Shown piece by piece: positions 14,590 through 27,991 of a DNA stretch of 64,000 bases. Below the pieces are notes generated by a model. That model did no database searches. It saw nothing but the letters and a program-made list of their open reading frames with translations, and was not told the DNA's origin. Numbering within the stretch: position 1 is the stretch's first letter; every line of letters starts with the position of its first letter. The position numbers were made by a program, and so were the translations under genes. This stretch comes from Schmidtea polychroa (Eukaryota). Location of the stretch: NCBI GenBank assembly GCA_044892525.1, contig CM097886.1, forward strand, positions 40,052,001 through 40,116,000, in the 5' to 3' direction.

Positions 14590-15230
14590 ATTTTACGTTT
14601 AGTGGATATTGCGGGATCTTTCTGAGACCCAGTGCACTTATTTTTTACATAAAACTTATAATAAAATTAATTTACAAACAATTTTCAATGACTTTTGTCA
14701 CACAAACATGCTCTTTTTTCCACAATAAACTCTAAGCTTGTAGACTTTAGAAAGACATTGCTTTTATAAATTTAGCTTTTAAGGACTCCGCTCTAAAATC
14801 ATATTACATAACACTAAAGCAAACAAACAAATTTATTTATTATAAAACATGAATACGACAACTTTTTGGATAAGTATAAGGAAACACAACACGATGCTTT
14901 TTTTAACTTTTAGCAATACTGGCACTTAATTCATTTTTCGGTTACTTGGTGAACATCACAAACATTGCATTGACATGTGGTACACAGCTTTCTGGCTCGA
15001 TCTTGAAACCATTGTTCCAGGCGCGGAACTTGTTCCAGCGCCCCTCCCGCTACAAAATTGTCTGTTGTTGCATAGACTCTGCTTGTGTTTGATCGTTTCT
15101 CCATTTGAGCTGAGACGCCCAATAGTGACTTGCAGAAAATGTGCCGGTTTCTGCATCATTGTTTCCTTGATGCTGATTCTCCTGTTTTGGCATATTCTAA
15201 GCAGATCAACGTAAAATTCTAGCTCTCTTT
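14590..15230 (-). mobile_element. piggyBac-like transposase C-terminal cysteine-rich remnant
   Basis: Frameshifted C-terminus ...RQFCS / WFQDRARKLCTTCQCNVCDVH matches the piggyBac CRD pattern Cx2C...Cx2Cx3VCxxH. Confidence 0.55.
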
Positions 15231-15478
15231 ATACATTTAAGATAGATGTTTACTAGCGTGGACACCAGTATCGGAATTCAAGAACCGGGAGAGTACTGAC
15301 GCTAAATTTTGGAACCGGATATTCCCGGGGAAAATGGACTAAATTAAAAATTTAAATATATTGTACTGGAAGTTAAAATTATTTGGTATCTTAAATAAAC
15401 TGTATATATTATATATACTATATGAATATATTAAGGCTTAAAATTAAATACATTTAACACAATGACAAAATTTATTTT

Positions 15479-15778
15479 TTAATATTTACCACAATTTGCT
15501 AAATAAGATTTAAGAAAACCTTGGGCATTTAACAAATCATCTGAAAGTTGAGACCAAATTTTTGAGAGAAACAGATCAGCAAGCGAAAGTGACCGTTCTA
15601 ATTGAACTTTTGTCGGTTTTATGGTTAAAAGTGTCAAACACAAACGATCGAGTTTTTCAGTCCTGGTTCCAGTTCCTTGAAATAATTTGAATTCTTTTTC
15701 ACTATCAAGTATATTTTCTGTGTTGTTTTGTGGAATCTCTCTGCCATACTCTCTGCCTGTATTTATAACCATCTGCAA
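15479..15778 (-). mobile_element. hAT transposase dimerisation-domain remnant
   Basis: LLTIKPTKVQLERSLSLADLFLSKIWSQLSDDLLNAQGFLKSYL fits hAT C-terminal PTSVxxERxFS...RSRLSD. Confidence 0.65.
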
Positions 15779-17532
15779 CTACTTCGAGTCATTCAATTAT
15801 ACAAAATATCTAGATTCAATTTCAATTCTAGTCTTTCACATGTTTCCATATGATTTTTCTATATTACGATTCGAAAATAAAACTCACACCTATTTCTAAG
15901 TTGAAAGAAATGATTCTATTTAATTCTACTTCGCTAAATCAACAAAATTTGTGTGAGCAATTGACCAAGTAGATTCTGATGAGCACTGCCCTGAATCTAT
16001 CTGACGGATGACTGATCCACTAATGACTGATCATCTAATCCATTGGGAAAGAGAACATGTAGCATCCTTTACCCTTGACTAGCGTAACCATCATTTCATC
16101 AGTATCCATTAAAATTACTCAATACAAATTAAAATATAAACGGAAAACCAATAATAAAAAAATTAAATTGAACATTAAAATTTATTAAATTAAAAATTAC
16201 TTCATGATTAAAAATTATTTCATTCAAAACAAATTTACCACAAGTGCATAAAATTCATAAAAACCAAAAACTGAGAGCAAGTTAATAAGAAGTTTTTTAT
16301 GTGTCTCTTTTTTATCAAATGAATTTTCAGTCGGTATTTATACTGATTTAAGTTATCCGCCAACACATTTTCTGCCACTCTATTCACTTGGAATGCGTGT
16401 AATTATGATTTACTAACACGCATACACGTGTGCATGCATTTCACATTTGATTTATTGATTTAAACAGTCGAATTATTTTATAATTTTTTCTTTCATTTCA
16501 TTTTATTGTCTCTATCAATTTTAATGAAAATTTTTATTTTTATTTATTTATTATTATTTTTAAATAAAATTTTCCTGTTCTTTTTCTTAAATTCTGCACT
16601 CTTTACCATAGCTCATCTGTATGTAAATATGAGCCATAACATGCCTAATTAATTTGATTATGGTCCTTCGTTTGTAAATACGACCAATAATCATTCCTAA
16701 TCATTTATATTATTAATTATTTATTTTATTTATTGTTCTTTTATTTTCGAGTTGGCAGATTTTTAAATGCGTTATTTCTCTCTTAAATCATACGTGTTTT
16801 ATTTATTCTTAATGTGGTGTGTATTTTACTTAGTATTATTTGGTGCATAATTATAGATTTTAATTCAACTTTGTGCGGTTTTTTTGCTATGTATTTCTGA
16901 CTCATTAAAACAAGCTCTAAATTTTTGGCTTTATCCCAACACTAAATGCCGGAGGTTCTCAAACTTTTGACTACCGAAACTCATTTTAAATAGTGGAAAC
17001 TTTTTGCGAATCACTCGACTAGTAACGTGGATTCAATTAAAAATATCGACTTATCTTCTTATGTTTTATATTTAATATAGAATTGCTAAACTATCAGAAC
17101 AAATTCAAAGTAACCGAGTAAAAAATATTCACGAATGTACAAAATCCCCATTGCTCATTTTTTGGTGTATACATTTTTAAAATTTTTCGTGATCTACCTT
17201 TTGAGAATCTCTGATATATATATTTAACAAAAATTTATTCTAATAAACAAGTAATTCTTTATCCTATAAATAAAATTTTATAAGTTTAATACGCCTATAT
17301 TTGTTTAAATTAATCATTTTTATAAATTTATCAAAACTTTATAATAACATAAAATATCAACTTTCACAATTTAATTTATACTTGATTTTTTGTTTATAAA
17401 TCTATTTTACATTATTTATTTATTAAACTGCTATTTCATTTATAAATCTTTTTTATATTGTTATTCAATTTAATAATTATTTTATAAAAGATAATTTTCT
17501 AATTTTGATTCACTTTTAGGTTTGTCACTTAA

Positions 17533-20500
17533 ATGGCTGAGCACAATTTACAATTAGCTTTATATTTTCTCGAAATGTTGTATAGTAAAGGACCATTGCC
17601 TTTAAATCTGATAGCAGAAGTTTATCAAAGTAAAATATTTCCTCAGCAAATGCTAACATATGATAATTTAATAAACGAAACGGTGTTGTTTTTAAAGCAG
17701 TATCCATCATTATTCCAAACTGATGCTGACTTTGTCTTCCCTGCATCAAGTGATAATTCATGTCACAGTGAACCTTTACCAACTAACAATATTCATTCAT
17801 CTCGTTTTATAAATAATAGACGATTATCCGTAGATGATTATGATATAGCATTAGAATCTGAAGCTGTTAAATATTTTCAAAATCATTTGTTAAAAAAGGA
17901 AGATAAATGGATACCCATCAAAAGTTTAGCAGGTCACTTGTCACAAGCGTCTGATAACATTCGCCTTGTTATTGGTAATCAGTCGCTTTTTACAGCATTT
18001 TTAATGCGACATTCTCATGTTTTTGAAATACAAGGTGAATTGGTTGGTCTAAAGGATAATTTTTTGTCTAATAAATCATTTTCAAATTCTGTTAATGGAA
18101 GAAGAAAGACTAAAGGTAATCAAAATACAGATTCTAGAAGTGTTAAAAGTGACGAAACTAATAATTCTGATAGTAATAAAAGTAACAGTGGAAATGGTAA
18201 AAAAAAATATTCTAGAGAAAATAATAAAAATTCTGAAGTCATTTCAAATTTCATACTTGCTAATGCGTCGAAAATTTTGAAAGGTGAAAATAATAATCAG
18301 AATTCGGTTACTATTGCTCTTTCAGCAATTGATTACAAGACAATAATGTATTTGCATAACACAATAAAATCTATCGAAGAAACTGCTCGAGAATGTAATT
18401 TAGCTAATTTGATGATGAACATAGTTCGAAATTCATCAAATAATATTACTAGCATTGTTGGATTTACTCAGGTATGCTATTTTTAGAAAAAATTACAAAA
18501 TTTTATTGTAGCAAATAGTAAAATAAATTTATAAAGCCAATTAACTCTTGTTTAAATTCACATGCTTTAAATTATGTGTGCTTTGTAGATTTATGATTTA
18601 TTGCTGCTATTTTTTCTTTCAGTATGCAATCAATATTAAATATTGATTTTATTATTAATTTAAATAATGTAAATAGTTTTAACATATTTTATTAAATTTA
18701 GATTGAACTGGAAGAGTATTTAAATAAGCATGCATTATTTTTCGATATTTTGGATGGGGCAATAGTTAGAGTCAGTGATATTTCGAATGTTAATATAATT
18801 ATAAGTGAAAACTGCAATTTGGAATCACTGAGTAATGAAATAGAAAATATTTCACTGTCAAATCGAAAAGGAATAGTATATCATGTTGCAAAACTGTGGG
18901 GAATCATTGATTTGGGCCAGCATGAACATGTATTTTTTGATAAATCAATTTTTAAAAATATAGAAAATTTAGAAAAATACTTTCAGGTAATATTTAATTT
19001 ATTTTTATTTATTTATTGAAAATAAGAATATAATTAAATAATTATTTTAAAATATTTATTATTTTTAAATGTATTTTAAATATATGAATATTTAAATTTT
19101 TAATAAATTATATTATCATTAAGGTGTATAACAGGGATGTCCAAACTTTTTCGAAGGCTGGTCATATTTTTATTAATTTTATTATACCTTGCGGACCAAG
19201 TGTTGAATATATTTAATGAAAATATGAATTAACATCACACATTTTAATTGAATAAATATTGCTATATAGATATACTAAAGCCGTGGTCGCCAAACTTTTA
19301 GTACCGAAGAACACATTCCAAATTATCGATGGTGTAATGGGCACCATTTATTTTTTCAAGATAAATTTATAGTGACTTTCAAATTAACACTTTAAAGGCT
19401 GGCATTTCGAAAATCCATACAAAAATGACGCGAATTCGAGTCATCGACCATTAAAGTGTTAATAACGCAAATAATGTACAAAACAACATATTTAATTTAA
19501 CCGTTAAATTTTAACGTATATTACCTTTATTCAATATACAATACCAAACAACTTTTATTAAGTCAATGTGATTTTTGGCACTGAGTATTAGTGGTCAATG
19601 TCTCATAATTAGGGATATAAGCTGATATTCCTGTTCACAGACAATCATCAAGATGCTCGTCGGTAATTCGAGATCTGTCTTTGGATTTTATTATATTCAT
19701 TGTTGAAAACGACTATTAGCATAAATATGTGGAACCGAAGAACGATTTTATTTTATATGCCGCAATTTTTAACAATGGAAACTTTTTTTTGTCAACTAAG
19801 TTCCAAAATTGTTCATCTGTTACATACGATTTCAGCACAATATCATTTTTAAGATCCAAAATCTCAAGTTCCAGATGCTCTGCTCTTTTTTCAATAAGTA
19901 TTCCAATTGATGTCGCTAATGCTGTTACATTTTCCTGGCTAGAGAGAAAGAATGACTATAAGAAAGATGACTATTGGTTCTATAATAGTAAACTGCTCAA
20001 ATCTATAGGGTACTGCTGTTTTTGACCCCACCAATTTTTAAATAAATATTATTGAAGAAAATTTTAAGAAAATAAATATAAAATAATTTTATATTTAATA
20101 AATAAATAAAAAAATTAACGTAATAATTTAGTAATTGTAATATTATTGCAGATCAACCAACTTAAAAACAAATTATTTTTAAACATTTCCCTAAAACAAT
20201 AATCGTCTAAATGCGACTGTAATAAATTCAATGTTGTACCTCTTGTTGTAGCCACTTGGAGGCCCAGGTTTGACAAATGCGGCCTCTATATAATGAAAAA
20301 TATAACAACGGTATACTTTTTACTGATTAAAAATTTATTATTTCAAAACTTAAAAATACCTAATTCGAAATCTAATACCTAATAAATAAATTTAAAAATG
20401 AGCTTTTCGAGCTGCAAACGAATTTGTTAATTCGAAATAGTCCACAATTCTTGCAATATTGCAATTAATATTTAGCATCGCTAAACCATCTACACGATGC

Positions 20501-23500
20501 TAGAGTATGGTTGATCCTAAATAATTGATTATGTGTTTGAGTACGTTAAAACTCCTCTCTGCGAACTGGCAAGGTTAAAAATATTCTGAGCGCACTTTTT
20601 GATTGTTTGGTGTAGTATCAAAATAGTGTTGTTTGGGGGCCCATAAATTAAGACCCCCTTGTCAAAAGACCCTCCTGACCCTCTCTTCTGGGGCCTATAT
20701 ATATATATATATATATAGTTATTATTAATTTAAAAAATTTCTTCAATAATATTTATTTAAAAATTGGTGCCAAAAATAGCAGTACCATACTAAACATATA
20801 CAAAAAATGTAATGCAATATACATGTAAACAATATTTTGTAAATAAAAAAATTGACAAAGAAATAATAAGTTGTATTCAATATAGCACAGGGTGCCCACT
20901 AATTTTTCTAGGAGAGCTACATTCACATCCAAAATGTGTATGCGATCTACTTTTTTAACATTACATAATATTTACCTACAATGCAATAAATTCATCACAA
21001 TAAAACAAATATATGTCAAAATATGGAAAATTAAAGTATATAACTATTTATTATAAAAAAATGTAACTTAGGAAATCAAATTTAATGAAAATTATTTTTA
21101 TATAGAACTTTTCGATGTTGATGCTCTACATTGGGTTGAATCCACTAGATTTTTGTAGTTTGGGATATAAGTGCTAAGACAACTTCTTAGGCTGGATTCC
21201 AAATGGTCATCTGTTAATGTTGCTCGGTACTTTGACTTTATAATTTTCATATGTGAAAATGCAGACTCACATAAATAAGTTGAACCAAAAAATGATACTA
21301 AATTTTCGAAGCATTTTTTCAAGTTTGAATATTTATCCTCTGATAGATATCTCCATACATTTGGTTCGGAAGATCTTGATTTAATGAAGATATCATTTTG
21401 AAGTGTGATTATTTCCATTTCAAGTATAGGGATATCCATTTTAAACAAAGTTGAAATTGAATCTGCAACAATTTCTGGTTTTATTTTTGGATTAAACGGA
21501 AAGGCTATAAATGCAGCCACAATTTCAAGTTTCTTGAAGTCTTGAAAACGTCTCTCGAACACTTAAACCAAAATTTTGATCTGTTCCGCATATTTAGTAA
21601 TATTAAAGTTGACATTTTCAGATTCTTTTAATTGTGACAACATATTTGGAAAATAACTTAAATTTTTGTCTTCTATTTTGGTAATAAGTAAATGAAGCTT
21701 TTGTATAAATGCATTGATTGAACTTATCATATCGAATATCAATTTATCCTTACCTTGTAAGTCGAGATTTAATTCATTCAGAATTGCAGTAATATCTACT
21801 AAAAATGCCAAATCCAAGAGTCAAACATCATCTTCCAATTGCTTGAACTCATCACCTCTTGCGGCAAGGAACAACTTAATCTCATAAAGCAAATCTCTAA
21901 ATCTTTGTAAGAATTTTCCTCTACTTAGCCACCTTACATCTGTATGCATCAGTAATTCAGCAGGACCTTCGCTATTACTTTCTTCAATTTGTAATTTGAA
22001 AAGTCGTCTCTGAAGACTTCTTGCACGAATCGAGTTAGCAATTATGAATGTTATTTCCATAATATCTCTCATATTCAGAATTTTAGCACACAAGGCTTGT
22101 AGATGAATAATACAGTGGTAGGAAAGAAAATCTGGGAATTCACAATCATTCCTACAATATGCTATAAATCCGTTGTGACGCCCTGTCATAGCTGGTGCGC
22201 CATCTGTTGTTATTGATACAAGCTTACAAATTTGGAGCTGAATGCTGTTGGCATAAGCTTTAAAATTCTGAAATATATCCTCACCTCGAGTTTTACTTTT
22301 GAGTGGTATAATTGTTAATAATTCTTCCTTCGTAGAAAAATCTTTAAAGACCATTCGAATAAAAATTATAAGCTGCGAAATATCAGCCGCATCAGTTGAT
22401 TCGTCTGCTTGCAATGAAAATGCGGTACAATTTCCTATGTCTAACATTAACTGATTTTTTAAATTGGTACTTATTTCTTGGTTTCTCCGTGTAACTGTAT
22501 TACGGGACAATTGCATATCAGTAATAGCAGAAATTATATCTGATTTATTTTTAAAATCACAAAATAATGATTCTGCCGCTTCTAAAAATGCTTCTTTTAC
22601 AATTACTCCATCACTAAAAGATTTCTTATTTTTTGCCAGAATGTAGCTTACTCGGAAAGATGCAGCTGTAGCTGACTTTGATTTGGATGTTAGCTTCGTA
22701 AAAAATGACTGTTGAAAAGAAATGCATGTTTTCAGTTCCATGATTTTAGACTTGCGTAGTTCACTGTCAAGTGGATAATCAACTGCAAAATTCTTATGAA
22801 TTGTCTTGAAATGCCTTTCCAAATTCCCTCTTTTTGGTAATGAAATAGTAGCTTTACAAATTAAGCAACAACATTTATCTTTAATCATTAGAAAAAAGTA
22901 CTCCTTCTCCATTTCTTCGCTATAATGATAAGTCTTGGCTTTTTTATTTAGCATTTTTAAACAAAATTAATTTAACAAAAAAGCTTAAGAAAATTTTTCA
23001 CTTTGTTACACAAAAATTTAAGCATAAAACAGAAATTTTATATAAAATCTAAATTTATATAAAAAAATATTTTTTTTATGAAGATCTACTAAAAAATCCT
23101 TCGCGATCTACCGGTAGATCGCGATCGACCTTATGGGCACCCCTGCTATAGCACAACAGTTTCAAATGAAATGAGATCCTAAATTTGTAAAAACCTAAAT
23201 AATCCAATCGAATTGTAAACTGAAACAAAAAAATCTTTGATATTAGAATAAATACAATAAACAAATAATTGAATAAATAACCAAGAAATATTCAAACTAA
23301 AACTATAAATATAAATATACAAAAAGTATAAATATTAAGCCATTTTTATATTGGATTACATTTACAAATAGCAATATCAATTATTAAAAAAATAATTAAA
23401 AGCGTGAAATTTCATGTTATATCTAAAATTATATCTAATTGTAAAAATATATTCATTAAAAAATCTTGATGACGTGCCGGGCCGTAGTTAGGGCATGCTT

Positions 23501-26500
23501 GGTGTATAATATGTAATTAGGGTATTTTGAAATTTAATATTAATAATCATATCCAATGGAGTTATTTTAAATTGTCATTATGTTCTATATTTTAACGAGT
23601 GTGGAGAAATAGTTTCATTTTTGGCTAATTTTGAATAAGTAAGTTCGGTTAAAAGATATTTTCCAAACTTGGAAACGAAAAACCTATATTGATGAAGGAA
23701 TATATGAAGAATATTGTCGCAAAGTTTAAAGAAAATCGTAGTGTTTGTGAGCTTAGGAAGATTTTATTCAAGCTGAAGCAGTTAAAATATCAACAGAAAT
23801 GTGGGGAAATGTCATGAATTCTTTTCATCATCGATTGCACATGTGCATTAATGTTAATGAGTGTTCTGATGAAAAAATATTAAATTTCAAATGCGATAGT
23901 TACTTTTTACATGTTATGCATATTAAAAATTACCGGGAGACTTGTGTGCTTCATATGTCATACCTGGAGTAAAATTTAATCTTTTACAAACTGAAATTTT
24001 TTTTTATATTTTTTACAAACAGCACAAATATTTGAGGCGTATTGTCATTGCAAAGACCGATTTGACAAAATTTTCGTCTAGAATTTTCAGTTGTTCTTTC
24101 AGGGATTTTGGTTTGCATAAGTTTTTATAACCAACAGAAAACTCTATGTTGAGAATATTTAAACGCAATTGTAAAGGTCCTCTCCGAGATCCCGGCATAA
24201 TACTATATTTTTTAGCTGTTTCGTTCGCACCAAATTCTCTGTGGTTTTAAAATAAGATATTTTGGGTTATTATTTTTCAAGTCGGTTTTCTCTGACTCCT
24301 CGTGTTCTTATTTAAACAAATGAATCGAAACCCAAAACAGAATAAGTTTATTAAACTTCAATCAAAATTACAATTCGTCACTAAATTTGCACCTTTTTCT
24401 CTGAATAAATATCTCTTGCTAACGTAGATAACCCATGAGGCAATCACCTTTTCTGGTACAAGAATTAAACTTTTCGTTTAATCACTGGATTTCGTCCTCG
24501 TATCGCTGATTGCCTTATTCGTCAAAATTCTCTCTTGTTTCTTCGACCAGCTGGCAGCTTGTCTATTTTTGAGCTCTTTTTTATACTTTTTCTGAAAGGG
24601 CAATTATTTACAGAATTAAGATTATTGCAAACAATTATCTCTCGGGAATCTTATGTAAACATTTGAAGGTTTTCAAATTATTTTAATTTGTTTGTCCCAG
24701 ATCGGCGTTTGGGTGAATTCCCTTCTTTATCTAATCGATCGGGTCTCACTGCGCTCCAGGCTTCTCATTACGGATTAATTAATTTTAATTTATTTATTTT
24801 TTCGTTATAACTTTCCCTGTGAACACCTCATTAAATTGTCTTTCAATTTGGCGTTCTAGCATACCCGTTTCCCCCGTTCAATAATAATTTTTTTAGATTT
24901 AGAAATTAAACTTTGAAATTGATGCATATAATCGTTTTTCTGTTTCGCAAAACTAATAGTACCAACGAAAGTCATGTTCTTTTCTAACAGTTTTGTAGCC
25001 AGTGATTTTCTGGTAAAGATTCGTCATTGTGATATTTTTACCGCAACCAGCAAATGGGTCAATTAGTTTTAGTAGGGTGTATTCATTTACAGATATCAAT
25101 GGTGGTCTATTTTCATTTTTGTCTAAGTATAATACAATTTTAGATTTTTAGCTTCATATATTATGTGTTTAGTTTTTCTCTTGATAAGACCAATTTTTCA
25201 CAAGAACTTAAGAAGCCTCAAATTCTGAACATTTTCTGGTATAGTTTGTTGATTATTTTATTGATTATCAAAAAAAGAAGCGATGATAACGTTACCTTCG
25301 ATTATTTTGCTTTTCGTATATACTGTAGGATCAATAAATTCTTTGAAATGGTATTTCGCTGGGGTCTTTCTTGAGGTGATCCATGTTTCATTTGTTCCCA
25401 GATAGAAAATGATGGCAACCTAATTTTTTTTTCTCCAATTTTGTATATTTAAAATGTCTTTTTACTCTCGATATCTGAGAACGAAGATAAAAACAAATAT
25501 ACATAGTGTTTAATTTTCATCAAATAATCTGTCTTATTTCTCCCAGTCAAATACATTCTGCGAATCGTACGAGGTCATACATAACTTTTCATAAATTGGC
25601 ATAATCTATGGTACACTATCTTCGAAATCTAGAATGACACCCACTGTACAAACTTAACAAAGAAAGAACTTCTTGAATTGCAACAGAAAGAGCTTGAACA
25701 TTGAATGTTTTATACATAATTTGAGTCATTTTTTCTTGTGGCTCAATTTGAAATTCATTGTAAAATGTATAATGCCAGATCTTTCTCATATCATCCCAGT
25801 TTGAAACATTGCCGTGTTCAATTGGATAATTCAAATTTAAAATACCTCTCTTAGACTGAGCCTCATCACCTCAAAGAGAGAAAAAATCCAACTTTGCACA
25901 TTTCCAATCCATTATCAATAACCAAAACTACAATGTCTTTTTCAATTTGAATTTTTCACAATTCCCTTCAAACTAAACAAAAACTCCGAAAAAACAATAA
26001 TTTCAGAAACCGTACTAATAATCAAAAAATTAATAAATTTAAAAATCAATTACAACTTAAACATTAGGTAAAACTTGTGTTCGTACAAAGACGCGAGTAG
26101 TCAGGATTTCATAATATTTACTAATGATTTATTCATAATTATTCATAATTACTTTTCGTAAAATTAAATACAGTTCGTTATACTTTTCCATTACTCATAG
26201 TAAAATTAATTGCTAATGAAAGGTTTAAAAATAGTGTAAAGTGTGCCTATATTAATTTTAAAGAGTGTTCGTAAATTATGTAACGCTTTAATGGCGAAGG
26301 AGTCTGTGAATTTGTTACGGAATGTTACAAGTAGATGGATGGACTACAAATTTTGTTAGGTAACGCCAAAATTTGTTTTTGAAATATGAATGACTTCACA
26401 GAAAAGTATAAACAAAAACAAATCATTCAACTTTTAAACTGATGAAATTTATCTGAACTTCTTTTTAAAATGTAAAATATTTATTTGGGTTGAATATAAT

Positions 26501-27991
26501 GTGCATGATGTTAAATGGAAAGAAAACAAAATTCAATTCGAATGAATAAGAGATTTCTAAATTTTAAATTTAAGAATAATTTTCACCTTATGCGATTGAC
26601 ATGGTTTTTGTTTTCATGAACATTTTGCATCATTCATAATGCTCAATAATCATCGCAAAGTTCTTTTGAAAGAAAAATGTCAAAAACAGGAATCCTTCGA
26701 AAGTGAGAGAATAAAATCATGGTTATCGCCTGCTTATATGCAGTATTAGAGACTTGTGAATGGATTGATGGAAATTATTTGAACTTAAGTAATGCATCAA
26801 TTTCTGAAGAAAAAGAAAAAAAATATATTCCTATCGTAAATTTGAATAAGAATTTTCAGTGTTTATGTGAAAATGAATAATTATGTTAAATAAAATATTT
26901 TAAATACATACATATACTTATTGAAACATTATGAAAGTTCCAGGGAAATTTTATTACGTGACGTTAAGTGATAAGTTTTTGTTTAAATTAAGTTTTATAA
27001 GAACTTTTTTTCAATTTTCACGATTGATTTCTTTTCAATTGACATTGTATTTATTAAAAAGCTTGTCTATGAATCAGTAAATATATCGATGTTTTTTTGA
27101 TATTCACAAATTTTCGGCACTGCCTTTTCAAGTGATTATTTTGTTTAAATGAAGTGATTTTTTAATTTTTGTTTAAATGAAGTGTTATAAGAACATTTTT
27201 CAATTTTCACCGCAGATTTCTTTTCAATTGACATTGTATTTATTAAAAAGCTTGTCTATGAATCAGTAAATATATCGATGTTTTTTTGATATTCACAAAT
27301 TTTCGGTACTGCCTTTTCAAGTGATTATTTTGTTTAAATGAAGTGATTTTTTAGTTTTTGTTTAAATGAAGTGATTTTTTTGTTTAAATGAAATGATTTT
27401 TTTTAATTTGTTGCGTAATTGATTAACACGCTCCATAAAAATGATAAAAACTCTGCAATAAATTTTATTTTTCATTTGAAAAATTTCAATTTTTGACTAG
27501 ATTAGAAAATAAAATTTTGGATTTAGATCGGAGAAAAGATTTACTTTAATGCCGTATTGGCATCGAAAGATTCCCGTGCAAAGTGGCGAGCTACTCGAGT
27601 TTGGAAAGAAGCTGATAATCCGATTCTTCAAGATAATCTCTTGAAACATCCCACAGATAGTGGCAATTTCTCCAATGTCGGATTGTTATTGCCCGAGGAA
27701 ATCGATTTCTCTGATGATGATTTTGAAATCGATTTAATCAAGCAAAATCTCTCCAAGAATATCGTGAATGGGTTCGATAAGATGCACTGTGATTCAGAAG
27801 ATGAAAACACCATGAAAAGTATTCAAAGCATCGGCATAGAAGAGGATTTGATTGTGAAATGTTATTCGGAGAAAAATAATAATTTCTCCTTGGATAGGTC
27901 ATTATTGATTAATTGCAACATTGGGACTCAGACCTTATCGACTGGGGAAATCATGGCATTGCATTTCTACCATGACCATTCTGATTCCTAA
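17533..27991 (+). CDS. LIN-66/Egalitarian-like RNA-binding protein (winged-helix/LOTUS-like repeats plus cold-shock OB-fold), 3 coding exons, about 562 aa
   Basis: Exons 17533-18471, 18702-18986, 27527-27991 with phase-0 GT-AG junctions. [31 protein letters not shown]...[10 protein letters not shown] is the winged helix. The OB-fold [28 protein letters not shown]...EKYFQ|[26 protein letters not shown] reads continuously across the 8540-nt intron. Family name assigned from recall only. Confidence 0.78.
19563..19935 (-). mobile_element. hAT/Buster transposase C-terminal remnant
   Basis: Translation gives [15 protein letters not shown]...[14 protein letters not shown]...[29 protein letters not shown], with in-frame stops. 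Confidence 0.8.
20010..20785. mobile_element. Non-coding MITE-like segment bounded by about 55-bp imperfect inverted repeats
   Basis: gtactgctgtttttgacccca-ccaattttaaataaatattattgaagaaaatttt (20010-20065) is mirrored at 20734-20785. Confidence 0.5.
20888..23145 (-). mobile_element. Near full-length hAT Buster/SPIN-family DNA transposon (2258 bp)
   Basis: TIRs CAGGG(G)TGCCCA at 20888 and TGGGCACCCCTG ending at 23145. The 8-bp TSD is ATATAGCA / CTATAGCA (7 of 8, central TA typical of Buster). Contains transposase 22954-21098. Confidence 0.93.
21098..22954 (-). pseudogene. Buster/SPIN (GTF2IRD2/ZBED5-like) transposase, single reading frame with two nonsense codons
   Basis: BED finger CLIC...[10 protein letters not shown]; catalytic [40 protein letters not shown]. 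In-frame stops at 21821-21823 (TGA in place of the W of [12 protein letters not shown]) and 21563-21565. Confidence 0.9.
25520..25945 (-). pseudogene. Actin pseudogene fragment with internal deletions, antisense inside the large intron
   Basis: [15 protein letters not shown]...[39 protein letters not shown]...[13 protein letters not shown]. Several conserved actin segments are deleted and stops are present. Confidence 0.88.
26976..27380. repeat. Tandem duplication, about 190-bp unit x2
   Basis: aagaac...gacattgtatttattaaaaagcttgtctatgaatcag...ctgccttttcaagtg occurs at about 26999 and about 27189. Confidence 0.85.
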
